The notes: generated by a model from the letters alone, not told the origin. 64,000 bases of DNA from Clostridiales bacterium (GCA_012519195.1 JAAYQP010000099.1:1318-65317); one strand, 5' to 3'. Positions 18,526 to 28,790 are shown, counted from the first letter of the stretch. Translations and numbers: made by a program.

Positions 18526-20412
18526 ATGGGAAAAAAATCAATCGCCCTGATCGTAATTGTTGTTACCATACTAACGACGATTGTTAGCCCAATTACAACA
18601 ATGCAGGCGTCTGCAGCACAGAGCGAAGCAGAGAAAATTATGAGATCAACAGGAATTATGAAAACGGACCAAGGATATTTAGATAATAAAACCGCTATTG
18701 TGACCCGAGCACAATTTGCTCAGTTGTTGGTGAATGCGTCTTTTTATAAAGGAAAGACAACAAATGAAAGCAATGTTTCACTTTATCATGATGTGCCCAA
18801 GAAGCACTGGGCTGCAGGATACATACAAACAGCAATCAATATGGGATGGATGTCCGGTTATCTCAATGGAACCTTTAAACCGGAACAGGGGATTACCCTT
18901 CAAGAAGCAGTCCGAGGGGTAGTTTCATTATTGGGATATACCAGCAGTGATTTTACAGGGAATGTCATCGGTGGTCAGATGACCCTCTATGAATCGAAAG
19001 AGCTGGATAAAAATATTAATAAGTTAAGAACACAAAAATTAAACGTAGAGGATTGTACCAACTTATTCTACAATTTGCTCAATGCCACAACAAAGGAAGG
19101 CCTTGTGTATGCACAAACCCTAGGTTATACACTGGATATGAATGGGAATCCAGATTACCTTGCCATTGTAAGTGAAAATACACAGGGACCGATAATGGCT
19201 GATGCACAATGGAAGTCAAAGATACCTTTCTCTCTTAGTACCGCCTCCTATTACCGAGATGGGATAAAGTGTGGTCAATACGATATCAATGATTATGATG
19301 TTATCTATTATTCCAAGGATCTTCAGACGATATGGGCCTATGACGATAAGGTTACTGGAACGGTAGATTCCATCTACCCGGATCTATTATCTCCTCAGTC
19401 TGTAGTCATAGCAGGCAAGGAATATTATTTTGAAACCTCAGAAATGGCATATGAATTTTCCACTTTAGGAAGTGTGAAGGAAGGGGACAGGGTAACCCTG
19501 CTATTGGGTAAGAATGGTAAAGTTGCATTCGTATTAGATACCTATGAATATGATGTCACTATAACTGGAGTTGTTATTGATACCGGTACCCATGTTGTGG
19601 AAAATGATAAGGGAAAAGTTGTTTCTAGTGATTATGTGATTTTTGTAGATGCTGCAGGAAATGAATATCTGCAGGATTATGACCTAGGAACAATAACCTT
19701 TCACAAAGGGGAACTCGTTAGAATTACCTATGAAAACGGTTCCGTAATTGTTAGCGAATATGAGCAGGGCAGTGCAGCTTTCAGTGGTTATACATTTAGT
19801 GAAGATGGTAGATCTCTGGGAGACCAACCCTTAGCTTCCAATGTAAAAATTCTGGATCTCTATGAGGACAGCTATGTAAGCGTGTATCCGTCAAGACTGG
19901 CAAATGTATCGATCAATAGTAAAGCAATTAAATACTATGAAAGAAATGACAAGGGAGCCATTACTCAATTAATCCTCCAGAATGTAACCGGGGATCAGTT
20001 TGATTATGGCATATTAGAAGAGGTGGAAACTCCTAGAAGCAGTATGTCCAATCTATTTACCTATCATTATATTATTGATGGTAATAAAGGTAGCGTTATA
20101 GGTGATTATGAAACTCCGGATATTGCAGATGTAGGTCCGAAAGGCTTTTTGATTAAAGATAACGAGTTGGTTGTGATCAAATATCTATCGAAGTTCAAAG
20201 TTACCTCTATTACTGGATCAACCGTACAGGATATGACAAGCAAGTGGCCAATGGCAGATGATTGTGATGTTTATTTCTATGTAGATGGTGAATATGTAGC
20301 TACTACCCTTGAGGAGTTAAAGGATTTGTCCAGATTTGATGTAACTGCATATTATGATCGTCAACCGAATATTGGTGGTAGAGTTAGAATAATTATTGCA
20401 GAAAATAAATAG
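18526..20412 (+). CDS. Secreted SLH-domain protein
   Basis: Signal peptide ending MQASA-AQ. SLH repeat YHDVPKKHWAAGYIQTAINMGWMSGYLNGTFKPEQGITLQEA. The remaining roughly 450 aa have no motif I recognise. Confidence 0.8.
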   Translation: MGKKSIALIVIVVTILTTIVSPITTMQASAAQSEAEKIMRSTGIMKTDQGYLDNKTAIVTRAQFAQLLVNASFYKGKTTNESNVSLYHDVPKKHWAAGYIQTAINMGWMSGYLNGTFKPEQGITLQEAVRGVVSLLGYTSSDFTGNVIGGQMTLYESKELDKNINKLRTQKLNVEDCTNLFYNLLNATTKEGLVYAQTLGYTLDMNGNPDYLAIVSENTQGPIMADAQWKSKIPFSLSTASYYRDGIKCGQYDINDYDVIYYSKDLQTIWAYDDKVTGTVDSIYPDLLSPQSVVIAGKEYYFETSEMAYEFSTLGSVKEGDRVTLLLGKNGKVAFVLDTYEYDVTITGVVIDTGTHVVENDKGKVVSSDYVIFVDAAGNEYLQDYDLGTITFHKGELVRITYENGSVIVSEYEQGSAAFSGYTFSEDGRSLGDQPLASNVKILDLYEDSYVSVYPSRLANVSINSKAIKYYERNDKGAITQLILQNVTGDQFDYGILEEVETPRSSMSNLFTYHYIIDGNKGSVIGDYETPDIADVGPKGFLIKDNELVVIKYLSKFKVTSITGSTVQDMTSKWPMADDCDVYFYVDGEYVATTLEELKDLSRFDVTAYYDRQPNIGGRVRIIIAENK

Positions 20413-20450
20413 TGAAACGGTAAATAGATTATGAAACGAGGTATGAGTAC

Positions 20451-22232
20451 ATGAAACAATTGGCCAAGAAGGTGAAATGGAAGAAATTAATCATCTTTGT
20501 TGTAATTGCTACGATTGTAGTGGTAGCCGTTAGGTTCGCATTAAACCGTGCGAAGGCATCCTTCACAGCAGCTATATTGGAGGCGAATGCTCCCACAACA
20601 GCGAAGGCAGAGATTCGTGATATTGAGAGTATCCTTTCCTCCTCAGGAATTATTGAGCCTCTTAATACCTATCAAGTTACAACACTAGTGGAAGGCGAAG
20701 TAATAAGTGCCAACTTCGAGGAAGGCGACTATGTAGAGGAAGGTCAAGTTTTATATCAGATCGACTCCGATAACCTTGACAATCAGATTGAGAAGGCGGA
20801 GACGGCTGTAACTAGAGCAAAAAAGAATTATGAGAAAGCACAAGAGAAACTGAATGATGCAATTGAAGATTATAATGAGGTATTAGAAGATTATAATGAA
20901 GCAAAGGAAGACTATGGCGATGTCAATATAAGGTCAGAGGAAAGGGGCATCATCCGAAAACTTTTTGTAGAAGAAGGGGATACACTTCAGATTGGAAGCC
21001 AGATAGCTGAAGTTTATGATAACAGCTCCATGATGCTTAAGGTACCCTTTAATGCAATGGAAGCAGATCAAAGTCTAGTTGGAAAGCGAGCTGTCGTAAC
21101 CATGTCAGATAGCTATGAGACCTTAGAAGGAACCGTTACGGAAGTAAGTGAAATAGACGAGGTTTTATCCGGAAATCGTCTGGTGAATACCGTCACAATT
21201 ACTGTTGAGAATCCAGGAGGCCTGTCTGCTGAGAGTACTGCTACCGCATCCATTGGTAAATTATTCAGTAGCGGGGAGGGTAGCTTTGAGCCTCTGACAG
21301 AAACGATATTAATTGCCGAAAAGGCAGGTGAAATTGCAAGTCTTAAGATAAAAGAAGGTAGTAAAATAACCGAGGGATATCTTATCCTTACTTTGGATGA
21401 TAAATCGCTAGAAGATTACCTAGATTCCTTTAAAAAGCAATTGGAGAGCGCCGAGGATATGGTAAAGAATGCCAAGGATAATCTTGAAAATGCCCAAGAT
21501 CAGATCGAGGATGCGGAGAGATCCTTAAAAGAAGTGATTGATAACATGGCTGATTATAGCATTACTGCACCTATCTCAGGTCAAATAATAAGCAAAGATG
21601 CATTGGAAGGAGACACGATAACTTATAAATCTGTTCTTTGTGTCATCTATGATTTATCGGCAGCAATCTTTGAAATGAATATCGATGAACTGGATGTTAC
21701 CAGTGTTAAGGTGGGTCAGGAGGTTAAAATAACCGCCGATGCTTTTGAGGATAAGATATTTAAAGGGATGGTAACCAATATTAGCCTGCAGAGTACTGCC
21801 AGTGGTGGGGTAACACAGTATCCGGTTACGGTAAGAATTGATGAGGTTGGTGATCTTCTACCTGGTATGAATGTAACCGGTGAAATCGTATTGGATAAAG
21901 TAGAGAATGTAATCGCTGTACCTTCTGATGCCTTAATGCGTGGAGATGTTGTTTATGTGGCAGATTCAACCGTTACAGAAGCAGTTGATGATGTCCCGGC
22001 AGGTTTTCGTAAAGTTCCAGTTGAAACAGGATTAACCGATGGGGATTATATTGAAATCAAGAGTGGCTTAACCGGTGAGGAAGAGGTATATGTGAAACGT
22101 AATACTGGTATGAATGATCTCATTTACATGATGCCTGCAGGAGGAGGTCCTGGTAATAATGCTTCCGGGGAAGTGCGAGTGCAGCGAGCGGAACCTGCAA
22201 CAAGACAGGGTGGCGGACCTGAAAGAAGATAA
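20451..22232 (+). CDS. Efflux transporter periplasmic-adaptor (HlyD/MacA-like) protein
   Basis: N-terminal TM anchor, a biotinyl-lipoyl-like hairpin (GEVISANFEEGDYVEEGQVLYQID), a long coiled coil, and a beta-barrel region (APISGQIISK). Confidence 0.85.
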   Translation: MKQLAKKVKWKKLIIFVVIATIVVVAVRFALNRAKASFTAAILEANAPTTAKAEIRDIESILSSSGIIEPLNTYQVTTLVEGEVISANFEEGDYVEEGQVLYQIDSDNLDNQIEKAETAVTRAKKNYEKAQEKLNDAIEDYNEVLEDYNEAKEDYGDVNIRSEERGIIRKLFVEEGDTLQIGSQIAEVYDNSSMMLKVPFNAMEADQSLVGKRAVVTMSDSYETLEGTVTEVSEIDEVLSGNRLVNTVTITVENPGGLSAESTATASIGKLFSSGEGSFEPLTETILIAEKAGEIASLKIKEGSKITEGYLILTLDDKSLEDYLDSFKKQLESAEDMVKNAKDNLENAQDQIEDAERSLKEVIDNMADYSITAPISGQIISKDALEGDTITYKSVLCVIYDLSAAIFEMNIDELDVTSVKVGQEVKITADAFEDKIFKGMVTNISLQSTASGGVTQYPVTVRIDEVGDLLPGMNVTGEIVLDKVENVIAVPSDALMRGDVVYVADSTVTEAVDDVPAGFRKVPVETGLTDGDYIEIKSGLTGEEEVYVKRNTGMNDLIYMMPAGGGPGNNASGEVRVQRAEPATRQGGGPERR

Positions 22233-22248
22233 GAGGAGGTGTGCTTAA

Positions 22249-22986
22249 ATGAGTATGCAGATGGATGAGAAACAAGCAACACCTCTGATTCAGCTAATCG
22301 ATATCAAGAAGATTTATCAAATGGGAGATACTGAGGTTCGAGCTAACGATGGTATTAACCTGGAAATCTATGAAGGTGAATTTGTGGCCATCGTCGGTAA
22401 ATCCGGAAGTGGAAAATCTACAATCATGAATATTATCGGTGCCTTGGATATCCCTACTTCAGGGCAGTATATTCTGAAGGGACAGGATGTAAGTAAAATG
22501 AAGGGGGATGCCCTTGCAGAGGTTCGAAATCGTATGATCGGATTTATATTTCAGCAATACAACCTTCTTAGCAAGCAAAATCTACTGGAAAATGTAGAAT
22601 TGCCCCTTTTATATGCCGGTGTTGGTAAAAAACAGCGGAGAACTCAGGCAATGGAAGCTCTGAAGCTGGTTGGATTGGAGGATAAGTGGAGGAACTATCC
22701 GAACCAGTTATCCGGTGGACAACAGCAGAGAGGTGCAGTAGCAAGGGCTTTGGCTGGAAATCCTTCTCTAATCTTGGCGGATGAGCCGACCGGTGCCTTG
22801 GATTCAAAGACAAGTGGAGATTTATTGGAATTTCTGAAGAAATTGAATGAGCAAGGAAATACCATTGTCTTAATCACCCATGATCGCAATGTAGCTGAAC
22901 AGGCAAGACGTGTTGTTGGTCTACATGACGGTAAGATCATATTTGATCAAAGTGTAGAAGAATATAGGAAGCAGGTAGTAGTATGA
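22249..22986 (+). CDS. ABC transporter ATP-binding protein (MacB/LolD type)
   Basis: Walker A GKSGSGKST, signature LSGGQQQR, Walker B LILADEPTGALD. Confidence 0.93.
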   Translation: MSMQMDEKQATPLIQLIDIKKIYQMGDTEVRANDGINLEIYEGEFVAIVGKSGSGKSTIMNIIGALDIPTSGQYILKGQDVSKMKGDALAEVRNRMIGFIFQQYNLLSKQNLLENVELPLLYAGVGKKQRRTQAMEALKLVGLEDKWRNYPNQLSGGQQQRGAVARALAGNPSLILADEPTGALDSKTSGDLLEFLKKLNEQGNTIVLITHDRNVAEQARRVVGLHDGKIIFDQSVEEYRKQVVV

Positions 22987-24155
22987 AAGTAAGCCAAGCC
23001 TTTAAATTAGCAATAAGAAGTATCTTTGGAAGTAAGATGCGTTCCTTTCTTACCATGCTGGGTATGATTATCGGTGTTGGTTCCGTAATTACTTTGATCG
23101 GATTGATGAATGGGGCCACAAACTATATTCTGGATTCCTTTGATGATTTAGGTACAAACTTAATCAATGTAAATATCACCAATACTGATACTAGAAAAGT
23201 AGATGTTGATGAGATGTATGAGTTTGTAGAAGAAAATCGCCATCTATTCCAAGGGGTTACTCCTAAGATAAGTTCCAGATATACGATAAAGAACGGCAGT
23301 ACATCGATGACAACTGCTGTAAATGGAGTTGGCGAAGATTATCTGGAGATCAACAATTTGGAACTGTCTTCCGGTCGTTTCATTCAATATGCGGATATAA
23401 AGAATAGATATAATGCCTGCGTCATTGGAACTTATATCGTTCAGGAACTATTCGATGGAAAGGTGTCTTTAGGAGATACTTTAAAAATAAACGGACAGCT
23501 GTTTGAAATTGTTGGTATCCAAGAAGAAAAAGCTGATTCCAAGGAAAATTCAGCCGATGATTGTATCTACATACCTTATTCCAATGCTGCAAGATTGGCT
23601 GGTTCTACCAATATCTCGACCTATGTCATTGCGGCCAATAATGCAGATGTAGTGGAACAGGGAGAAGATATCTTAGACCATTATCTCTATGGTATTTTGA
23701 AAAATGAGGATTTATACTACATTATGAGTATGACAGAACTCTTAGATATGATCAATGAAATGAACACGATGATGTCTTCTATTCTGGGAGGGATCGCCGG
23801 AATATCCTTATTAGTAGCAGGAATCGGCATTATGAATATCATGCTGGTATCTGTTGTAGAAAGGACGAAGGAGATTGGTATCCGTAAAGCAATTGGAGCG
23901 AAAAAGAAGGATATTATGCGTCAGTTTGTAATAGAAGCAACCCTGATTAGTTGCTTGGGAGGTATTCTGGGAATTATATTTGGATATTTCCTAACCAAAC
24001 TATTAGGAGGAGCCTTAGGACTTGATGCAGCACCGACTATGAATTCCATCCTAATGGCCTTCGGTATCTCTGCGGCAATTGGTATCGGTTTTGGATATAT
24101 GCCAGCTAATAAAGCTGCAAAGCTAAACCCAATCGATGCCTTAAGAAGTGAATAA
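22983..24155 (+). CDS. ABC transporter permease (MacB_PCD + FtsX domains)
   Basis: 390 aa: N-terminal TM, extracytoplasmic domain, then a C-terminal FtsX 3-TM bundle with the ERTKEIGIRKAIGA motif. ATGA overlap with the upstream ATPase gene. Confidence 0.9.
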   Translation: MKVSQAFKLAIRSIFGSKMRSFLTMLGMIIGVGSVITLIGLMNGATNYILDSFDDLGTNLINVNITNTDTRKVDVDEMYEFVEENRHLFQGVTPKISSRYTIKNGSTSMTTAVNGVGEDYLEINNLELSSGRFIQYADIKNRYNACVIGTYIVQELFDGKVSLGDTLKINGQLFEIVGIQEEKADSKENSADDCIYIPYSNAARLAGSTNISTYVIAANNADVVEQGEDILDHYLYGILKNEDLYYIMSMTELLDMINEMNTMMSSILGGIAGISLLVAGIGIMNIMLVSVVERTKEIGIRKAIGAKKKDIMRQFVIEATLISCLGGILGIIFGYFLTKLLGGALGLDAAPTMNSILMAFGISAAIGIGFGYMPANKAAKLNPIDALRSE

Positions 24156-24177
24156 AACTAATCGATCGAAATAAGAT

Positions 24178-24246
24178 GTCGGAATTATTTTCTATGGATG
24201 AACTAGTATTTCTATCCCTAGAAAATAATCCGGCATTCATTTTTGT
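24178..24246 (+). terminator. Terminator of the ABC exporter operon
   Basis: gtcggaattattttcta ... tagaaaataatccggc stem followed by attcattttt. Confidence 0.6.
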
Positions 24247-24394
24247 ATATATAAAAGAAATTTAATCACCTTTTAGCTAAGCAAGTGATAAGGTTTTTGT
24301 ATAAAAGCATGGATTTTTCCAAGGAAAAACAGTATAATAAATCAGTAAATTCATTAATTTTGTTCTACAATATTTAGGAAAGAAGTACGTGATT

Positions 24395-25468
24395 ATGAAT
24401 AAAGAAAAAATACTATCAAAACATGATTTTTATTATGATCTGCCAGAGGAACTGATCGCACAGGATCCCCTTGAGGATCGCTCCAGTTCAAGGCTATTAG
24501 TACTGGATAAAGAGACCGGAGCTACCCAACATACGATCTTTAAGAATATCAAAGAGTATTTAAAAAAGGGAGATTGCCTGGTTCTAAATAATACAAAGGT
24601 AATTCCAGCCCGGTTAATTGGTGAGAAAATCCATGATAATAGCGGTGACAAGGATGAGATTGTCCGAGGAGCAAAGATAGAAATTCTGCTCTTGAAAAGA
24701 AAAGAGAATGATATCTGGGAGGCCTTAGTCAAACCCGGTAAAAAAGCAAAGCCTGGTACCAAGGTTAGTTTTGGTGATGGTCTGCTGGTTGGTGAAATTA
24801 TGGAAGTAATTGAGGATGGTAACCGATTAATTAAATTCTACTATCAGGGAATCTTTGAGGAGATCCTAGACCGCCTAGGTGAGATTCCCCTACCACCTTA
24901 TATTACCCATGAGCTTAGGGACAGAGACCGTTATCAGACTGTTTATGCAAAATATGAGGGTTCGGCAGCAGCGCCAACAGCAGGTCTTCATTTTACAAGG
25001 GATTTGTTAAAAGAAATTGAAGAAATGGGGATAGGTATTGTAAATGTAACTCTTCATGTTGGTCTTGGTACCTTCCGTCCAGTTAAAGTAGATAATATTC
25101 TAGAGCACCATATGCATTCCGAATTTTATCAGGTGTCGAAGGAAGCTGCAGATACAATCAATAGCTATAAAAATAATGGAGGAAGGATTATCTGTGTAGG
25201 AACCACTAGTTGTAGAACCATAGAATCAGCGGCAGATGATAAGGGAATCGTACATTCAGGAAGCGGAGATACCTCCATATTTATCTATCCAGGATATCAA
25301 TTTAAGGTTATGGATGCATTGATTACAAATTTCCATCTACCAGAATCAACCTTAATGATGCTAGTATCCGCTCTAGCTGGTAGAGAGCATATTATGTCAG
25401 CCTATGAGGAAGCCGTTAAAGAACGATATCGCTTCTTCAGCTTTGGGGATGCAATGTTTATTCAGTAA
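24395..25468 (+). CDS. queA: S-adenosylmethionine:tRNA ribosyltransferase-isomerase
   Basis: [24 protein letters not shown] and C-terminal [11 protein letters not shown] are typical of QueA. ATG 24395; the ORF track starts at GTG 24389. Confidence 0.93.
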   Translation: MNKEKILSKHDFYYDLPEELIAQDPLEDRSSSRLLVLDKETGATQHTIFKNIKEYLKKGDCLVLNNTKVIPARLIGEKIHDNSGDKDEIVRGAKIEILLLKRKENDIWEALVKPGKKAKPGTKVSFGDGLLVGEIMEVIEDGNRLIKFYYQGIFEEILDRLGEIPLPPYITHELRDRDRYQTVYAKYEGSAAAPTAGLHFTRDLLKEIEEMGIGIVNVTLHVGLGTFRPVKVDNILEHHMHSEFYQVSKEAADTINSYKNNGGRIICVGTTSCRTIESAADDKGIVHSGSGDTSIFIYPGYQFKVMDALITNFHLPESTLMMLVSALAGREHIMSAYEEAVKERYRFFSFGDAMFIQ

Positions 25469-25691
25469 AAATAGGAGCAGTTGCAAAATCATATAAGGGT
25501 ACACAGATATAATCGTAATGCACCGTTAGAAGAACTCCTGCTGTGATTTGTGTTGTCATAAGCGAACATTTTATGTTCGATATGTGACAATACAAATCAC
25601 AGTAGGTGTACTTCTGTCGGTGTATAAACACACAAAGTGTGTTGGATATATCTGTGTACCCGATTCAATTTTGCAACTGCTCCTTTATTTT
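25469..25691. repeat. About 220-bp imperfect palindrome (family B) filling the queA / oxidoreductase junction
   Basis: Paired arm segments: aggagcagttgcaaaat / attttgcaactgctcct, gggtacacagatata / tatatctgtgtaccc, and a 27-nt inner helix around a centre near 25570. Confidence 0.75.
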
Positions 25692-25711
25692 ATATGCTAC
25701 ATAAACAGTTA

Positions 25712-27109
25712 CTAAGCGAATTTTGCCAGAATACTTCTTGCCACACTAATTCCATTGGCAGACGCTTGCTGCAATCCTCTTGTAATGCCGGCACCATCAC
25801 CGATTGCCCTTAATCCCTTTACACTGGTTTCAAAATCATCATTAACGACGACCTTATTCGAATAGAACTTTACCTCAACGCCATAAAGTAGGGTTTCGTC
25901 GCTGGCAATACCTGGTGTGACCTTATCAAGTGCTAGAAGCATTTCCTTGATATCTACCAAGATACGATGAGGGAATACTAGGGAGAGATCACCGGGAACG
26001 GCATCCTTTAGGGTTGGTATCAAGTTATTACGGCAGAGACGTTCCTCCGTTGTTCTTCTACCTCTCTGAAAATCACCAAAGGTCTGAACAAGGATTTTGC
26101 CACCGCAAAGCATGTTACTAAGCTGAGCGATTGATTTACCATATTCAATAGGTGTTTTAAATGGTTTCGTAAAGTTCTTGGATACTAAAATTGCAAAGTT
26201 TGTATTATTGGTTTTAAACTCCTTGGATTTATAGGCATGTCCATTTACCACGGCCAGATTATTCTCATAATATTCCGTTGCTACTTCCCCGGATGGATTG
26301 GTACAGAAGGTTCTTACCTTATCATCGAAGGTTGGGGTATAGTATACAAGCTTAGCCTCGTATAAGTTTTTATTAAGGAAATCCATTACCTCATCACGAA
26401 CTTCAACACGGACACCTATATCAACGGTTCCCACCTTAGTTTCAATGCCATGTGATTCGCAGATATGGCTAAACCAATCAGAACCTTCGCGGCCAATGGC
26501 GGCTACGATTTCATCTGCATAGTATGTATTACCTTTGGAAGTTGTAATTCCTTTTACCTTTTGATCCTCTATAATAATGTCTTCAACCATAGTATTGAAA
26601 ATAATCTCAATACCTTCCTTCAGTAGATGCTCCTGTAAGCGGGTATAGATTTTATAACCTTCCTCCGTACCTAGATGACGGATCGGACATTCGATTAATT
26701 TTAAGTTTGCATTAATAGCCCGTCTTCTGATTTCACGGATTTCGTTTTCTTTATCGATACCATAAACGTTGGTATCAGCGCCGAATTTTAAATAGATATC
26801 ATCGGATTCCTTTATTAGTTCAACCGCTCTATCGTAGCCTAAAATATCTGGAAGGTTACCTCCTACATCTGGGGAGAGGGAGAGCTTACCATCCGAAAAG
26901 GCTCCTGCTCCAGCAAAACCGGTGGTTATTGAGCAAGGTTTACATCCGATACATTGCTTGGTTTTTCTCTTCGGACAATTTCTTTTTTCAATGGATCGAC
27001 CCTTTTCAACCATTAGGATCTTAAGATTTTTATTCTCTTTAATCAATTCATAAGCACAAAAAATACCGGAAGGACCGGCCCCTATTATAATCACATCATA
27101 TTTTTGCAT
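25712..27109 (-). CDS. NAD(P)/FAD-dependent oxidoreductase (COG2509-like)
   Basis: N-terminal YDVIIIGAGPSGIFCAYEL dinucleotide-binding motif, 465 aa. ATG 27109 follows AAAGGAG; the ORF track adds 3 codons. Confidence 0.8.
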   Translation of the reverse strand: MQKYDVIIIGAGPSGIFCAYELIKENKNLKILMVEKGRSIEKRNCPKRKTKQCIGCKPCSITTGFAGAGAFSDGKLSLSPDVGGNLPDILGYDRAVELIKESDDIYLKFGADTNVYGIDKENEIREIRRRAINANLKLIECPIRHLGTEEGYKIYTRLQEHLLKEGIEIIFNTMVEDIIIEDQKVKGITTSKGNTYYADEIVAAIGREGSDWFSHICESHGIETKVGTVDIGVRVEVRDEVMDFLNKNLYEAKLVYYTPTFDDKVRTFCTNPSGEVATEYYENNLAVVNGHAYKSKEFKTNNTNFAILVSKNFTKPFKTPIEYGKSIAQLSNMLCGGKILVQTFGDFQRGRRTTEERLCRNNLIPTLKDAVPGDLSLVFPHRILVDIKEMLLALDKVTPGIASDETLLYGVEVKFYSNKVVVNDDFETSVKGLRAIGDGAGITRGLQQASANGISVARSILAKFA

Positions 27110-27435
27110 TGCCAACACTCCTTTACGTGTGTTTATAGCTTTTGTAATAACCTTGCTTATTCTACCATGAATTCCTATTTAATGCAAGATAAGACAACAT
27201 GCAATTACCAAAAAATGGGTAGCAATTAAGGCGATAATATGTAAGCAATACTGTAACAATATGAAATAGTAAAGTAGGCAAATAATGGTTGATAATAAAT
27301 GATAGAAGTGATACTTTAAAAATAGTAATGCACTTAAACTTTGTCCGGAAACTGTATCGGTTGTTTATTCGTTTTGCGCGTAAGCATAGTTTCGTAATAA
27401 TCTTTTGTATTATATTATTATTAAGGAGGGTCAAT

Positions 27436-28356
27436 ATGAAAAGATTTCTTAACTGTACTTCAAGCGAATTGCTTCAAATGAAAGCGCGAGAACTTTTAGA
27501 GGCAATCCGTGGATCAGAAGGAAGAGTGTTGGTTTGCGAAACCATCGGCAATCGTTCTCCTCTAATGGAGCCAATTACCAATGCTGAATTAGCGGCAGCT
27601 ATGGGAGCTGATATGATAATCTTGAATCTGTTTGATGTGGATCAACCCGAAGTAAGAGGACTCCCTAAGGTTTCTTCTGCGGATACGATTCGTGAGGTAA
27701 AACGACTCACCGGTCGACCAGTTGGAATTAACCTAGAGCCGACTTTGGTGAAGGATGATCCTAAGGATATGGATGGTTGGACTATGACGAAAGGTCGTAC
27801 AGCGACAACGGAGAATGCTGTAAAAGCCCATGAAATGGGGGCCGATTTTATTGTACTAACTGGGAATCCTGGAACTGGAGTAACCAATGATGCGATTACT
27901 GATTCTTTACAACGAATCCGGCAGGCTTTAGCTGATGATATCATTCTTATTGCAGGAAAAATGCATGCGTCAGGGATCCCATCGGAATCTGGTGAAAATA
28001 TTATTACTCCGGAAGATATCACCCGTTTCCATAAGGCTGGTGCTGACATTATACTTTTACCGGCACCAGGCACAATTCCAGGAATAACCGTTGAATATAT
28101 CCGTGAATTAGTTACCTATTCCCATTCACTGGGGATGCTTACAATAACTGCGATTGGTACTTCTCAAGAAGGTGCCGATAAGGAAACCATCAAAAGAATC
28201 GCCCTATATTGCAAGATGACAGGAACGGATCTGCACCATCTGGGAGATGCCGGTTATTTGGGAATGACAGTACCAGAAAACATAACTGCATATAGCATTG
28301 CAATTCGTGGAATTCGCCATACTTATCTTAGAATGGCGGCATCAATTCTACGATAA
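27436..28356 (+). CDS. Conserved hypothetical protein, alternating beta/alpha (TIM-barrel-like) pattern
   Basis: ATG 27436 lies 7 nt after AAGGAGGG. The 49 upstream codons in the ORF track are AT-rich, with no coding character. I cannot assign a family. Confidence 0.65.
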   Translation: MKRFLNCTSSELLQMKARELLEAIRGSEGRVLVCETIGNRSPLMEPITNAELAAAMGADMIILNLFDVDQPEVRGLPKVSSADTIREVKRLTGRPVGINLEPTLVKDDPKDMDGWTMTKGRTATTENAVKAHEMGADFIVLTGNPGTGVTNDAITDSLQRIRQALADDIILIAGKMHASGIPSESGENIITPEDITRFHKAGADIILLPAPGTIPGITVEYIRELVTYSHSLGMLTITAIGTSQEGADKETIKRIALYCKMTGTDLHHLGDAGYLGMTVPENITAYSIAIRGIRHTYLRMAASILR

Positions 28357-28448
28357 GATGGGTTTATTTTACAGATCGGAGTAGCTGGTTATTATTAAAT
28401 CATTAAGAAGGGATTAAGGGTAATTTGAAGAATATTATTTTCAAGCAC

Positions 28449-28477
28449 TTGACAATCCGGAATTAGTCGGCTAAGAT
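28449..28477 (+). promoter_or_regulatory. Sigma-A promoter of the pheST leader
   Basis: TTGACA (28449-28454), a 17-nt spacer, then TAAGAT (28472-28477). Confidence 0.55.
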
Positions 28478-28484
28478 AGGATAA

Positions 28485-28790
28485 ATAAAGTGAGTTCAGA
28501 CTATAAAACTCTTATATAAAGATTAATAACGATGAAGGTGAGTTAGTAGCGTATATTTTCCTGCCAGAGAGAACAGGTCACCGGCTGAAAGCCTGTTTCA
28601 GGTTCCTATATATTGCGAAGTTCGGCACCGGAGTTGCCTTTAAGATACTTACTGTTAGAGATTGATGAATGGAAGTAGAAGAGAGGCCGGTTCAGTTCCG
28701 TTATGACTGTTGAGGAGCCAGCTGTTTGGCTTGAAATTGGGTGGTACCACGAAGCTTTCGTCCCTTTGGAGACGAAGGCTTTTTTTATTC
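28485..28790 (+). promoter_or_regulatory. T-box riboswitch leader, Phe (UUC) specifier
   Basis: Stem I AGAGA motif (ccagagaga). Specifier-loop context gcGAAgUUCg, with UUC at 28610-28612. Conserved T-box sequence AATTGGGTGGTACCACG at 28735-28751. Terminator gctttcgtc / gacgaaggc plus a T-run at 28754-28787. Lies directly upstream of pheS. Confidence 0.88.

Noticed and set aside
27289-27435. N-terminal extensions proposed by the ORF track (also 32514-32576, 42608-42670, 55578-55745, 16244-16285, 38821-38850).
   Set aside because: Strong Shine-Dalgarno sequences precede internal ATGs that give canonical family N-termini. The extensions overlap terminators, repeats or the upstream gene.
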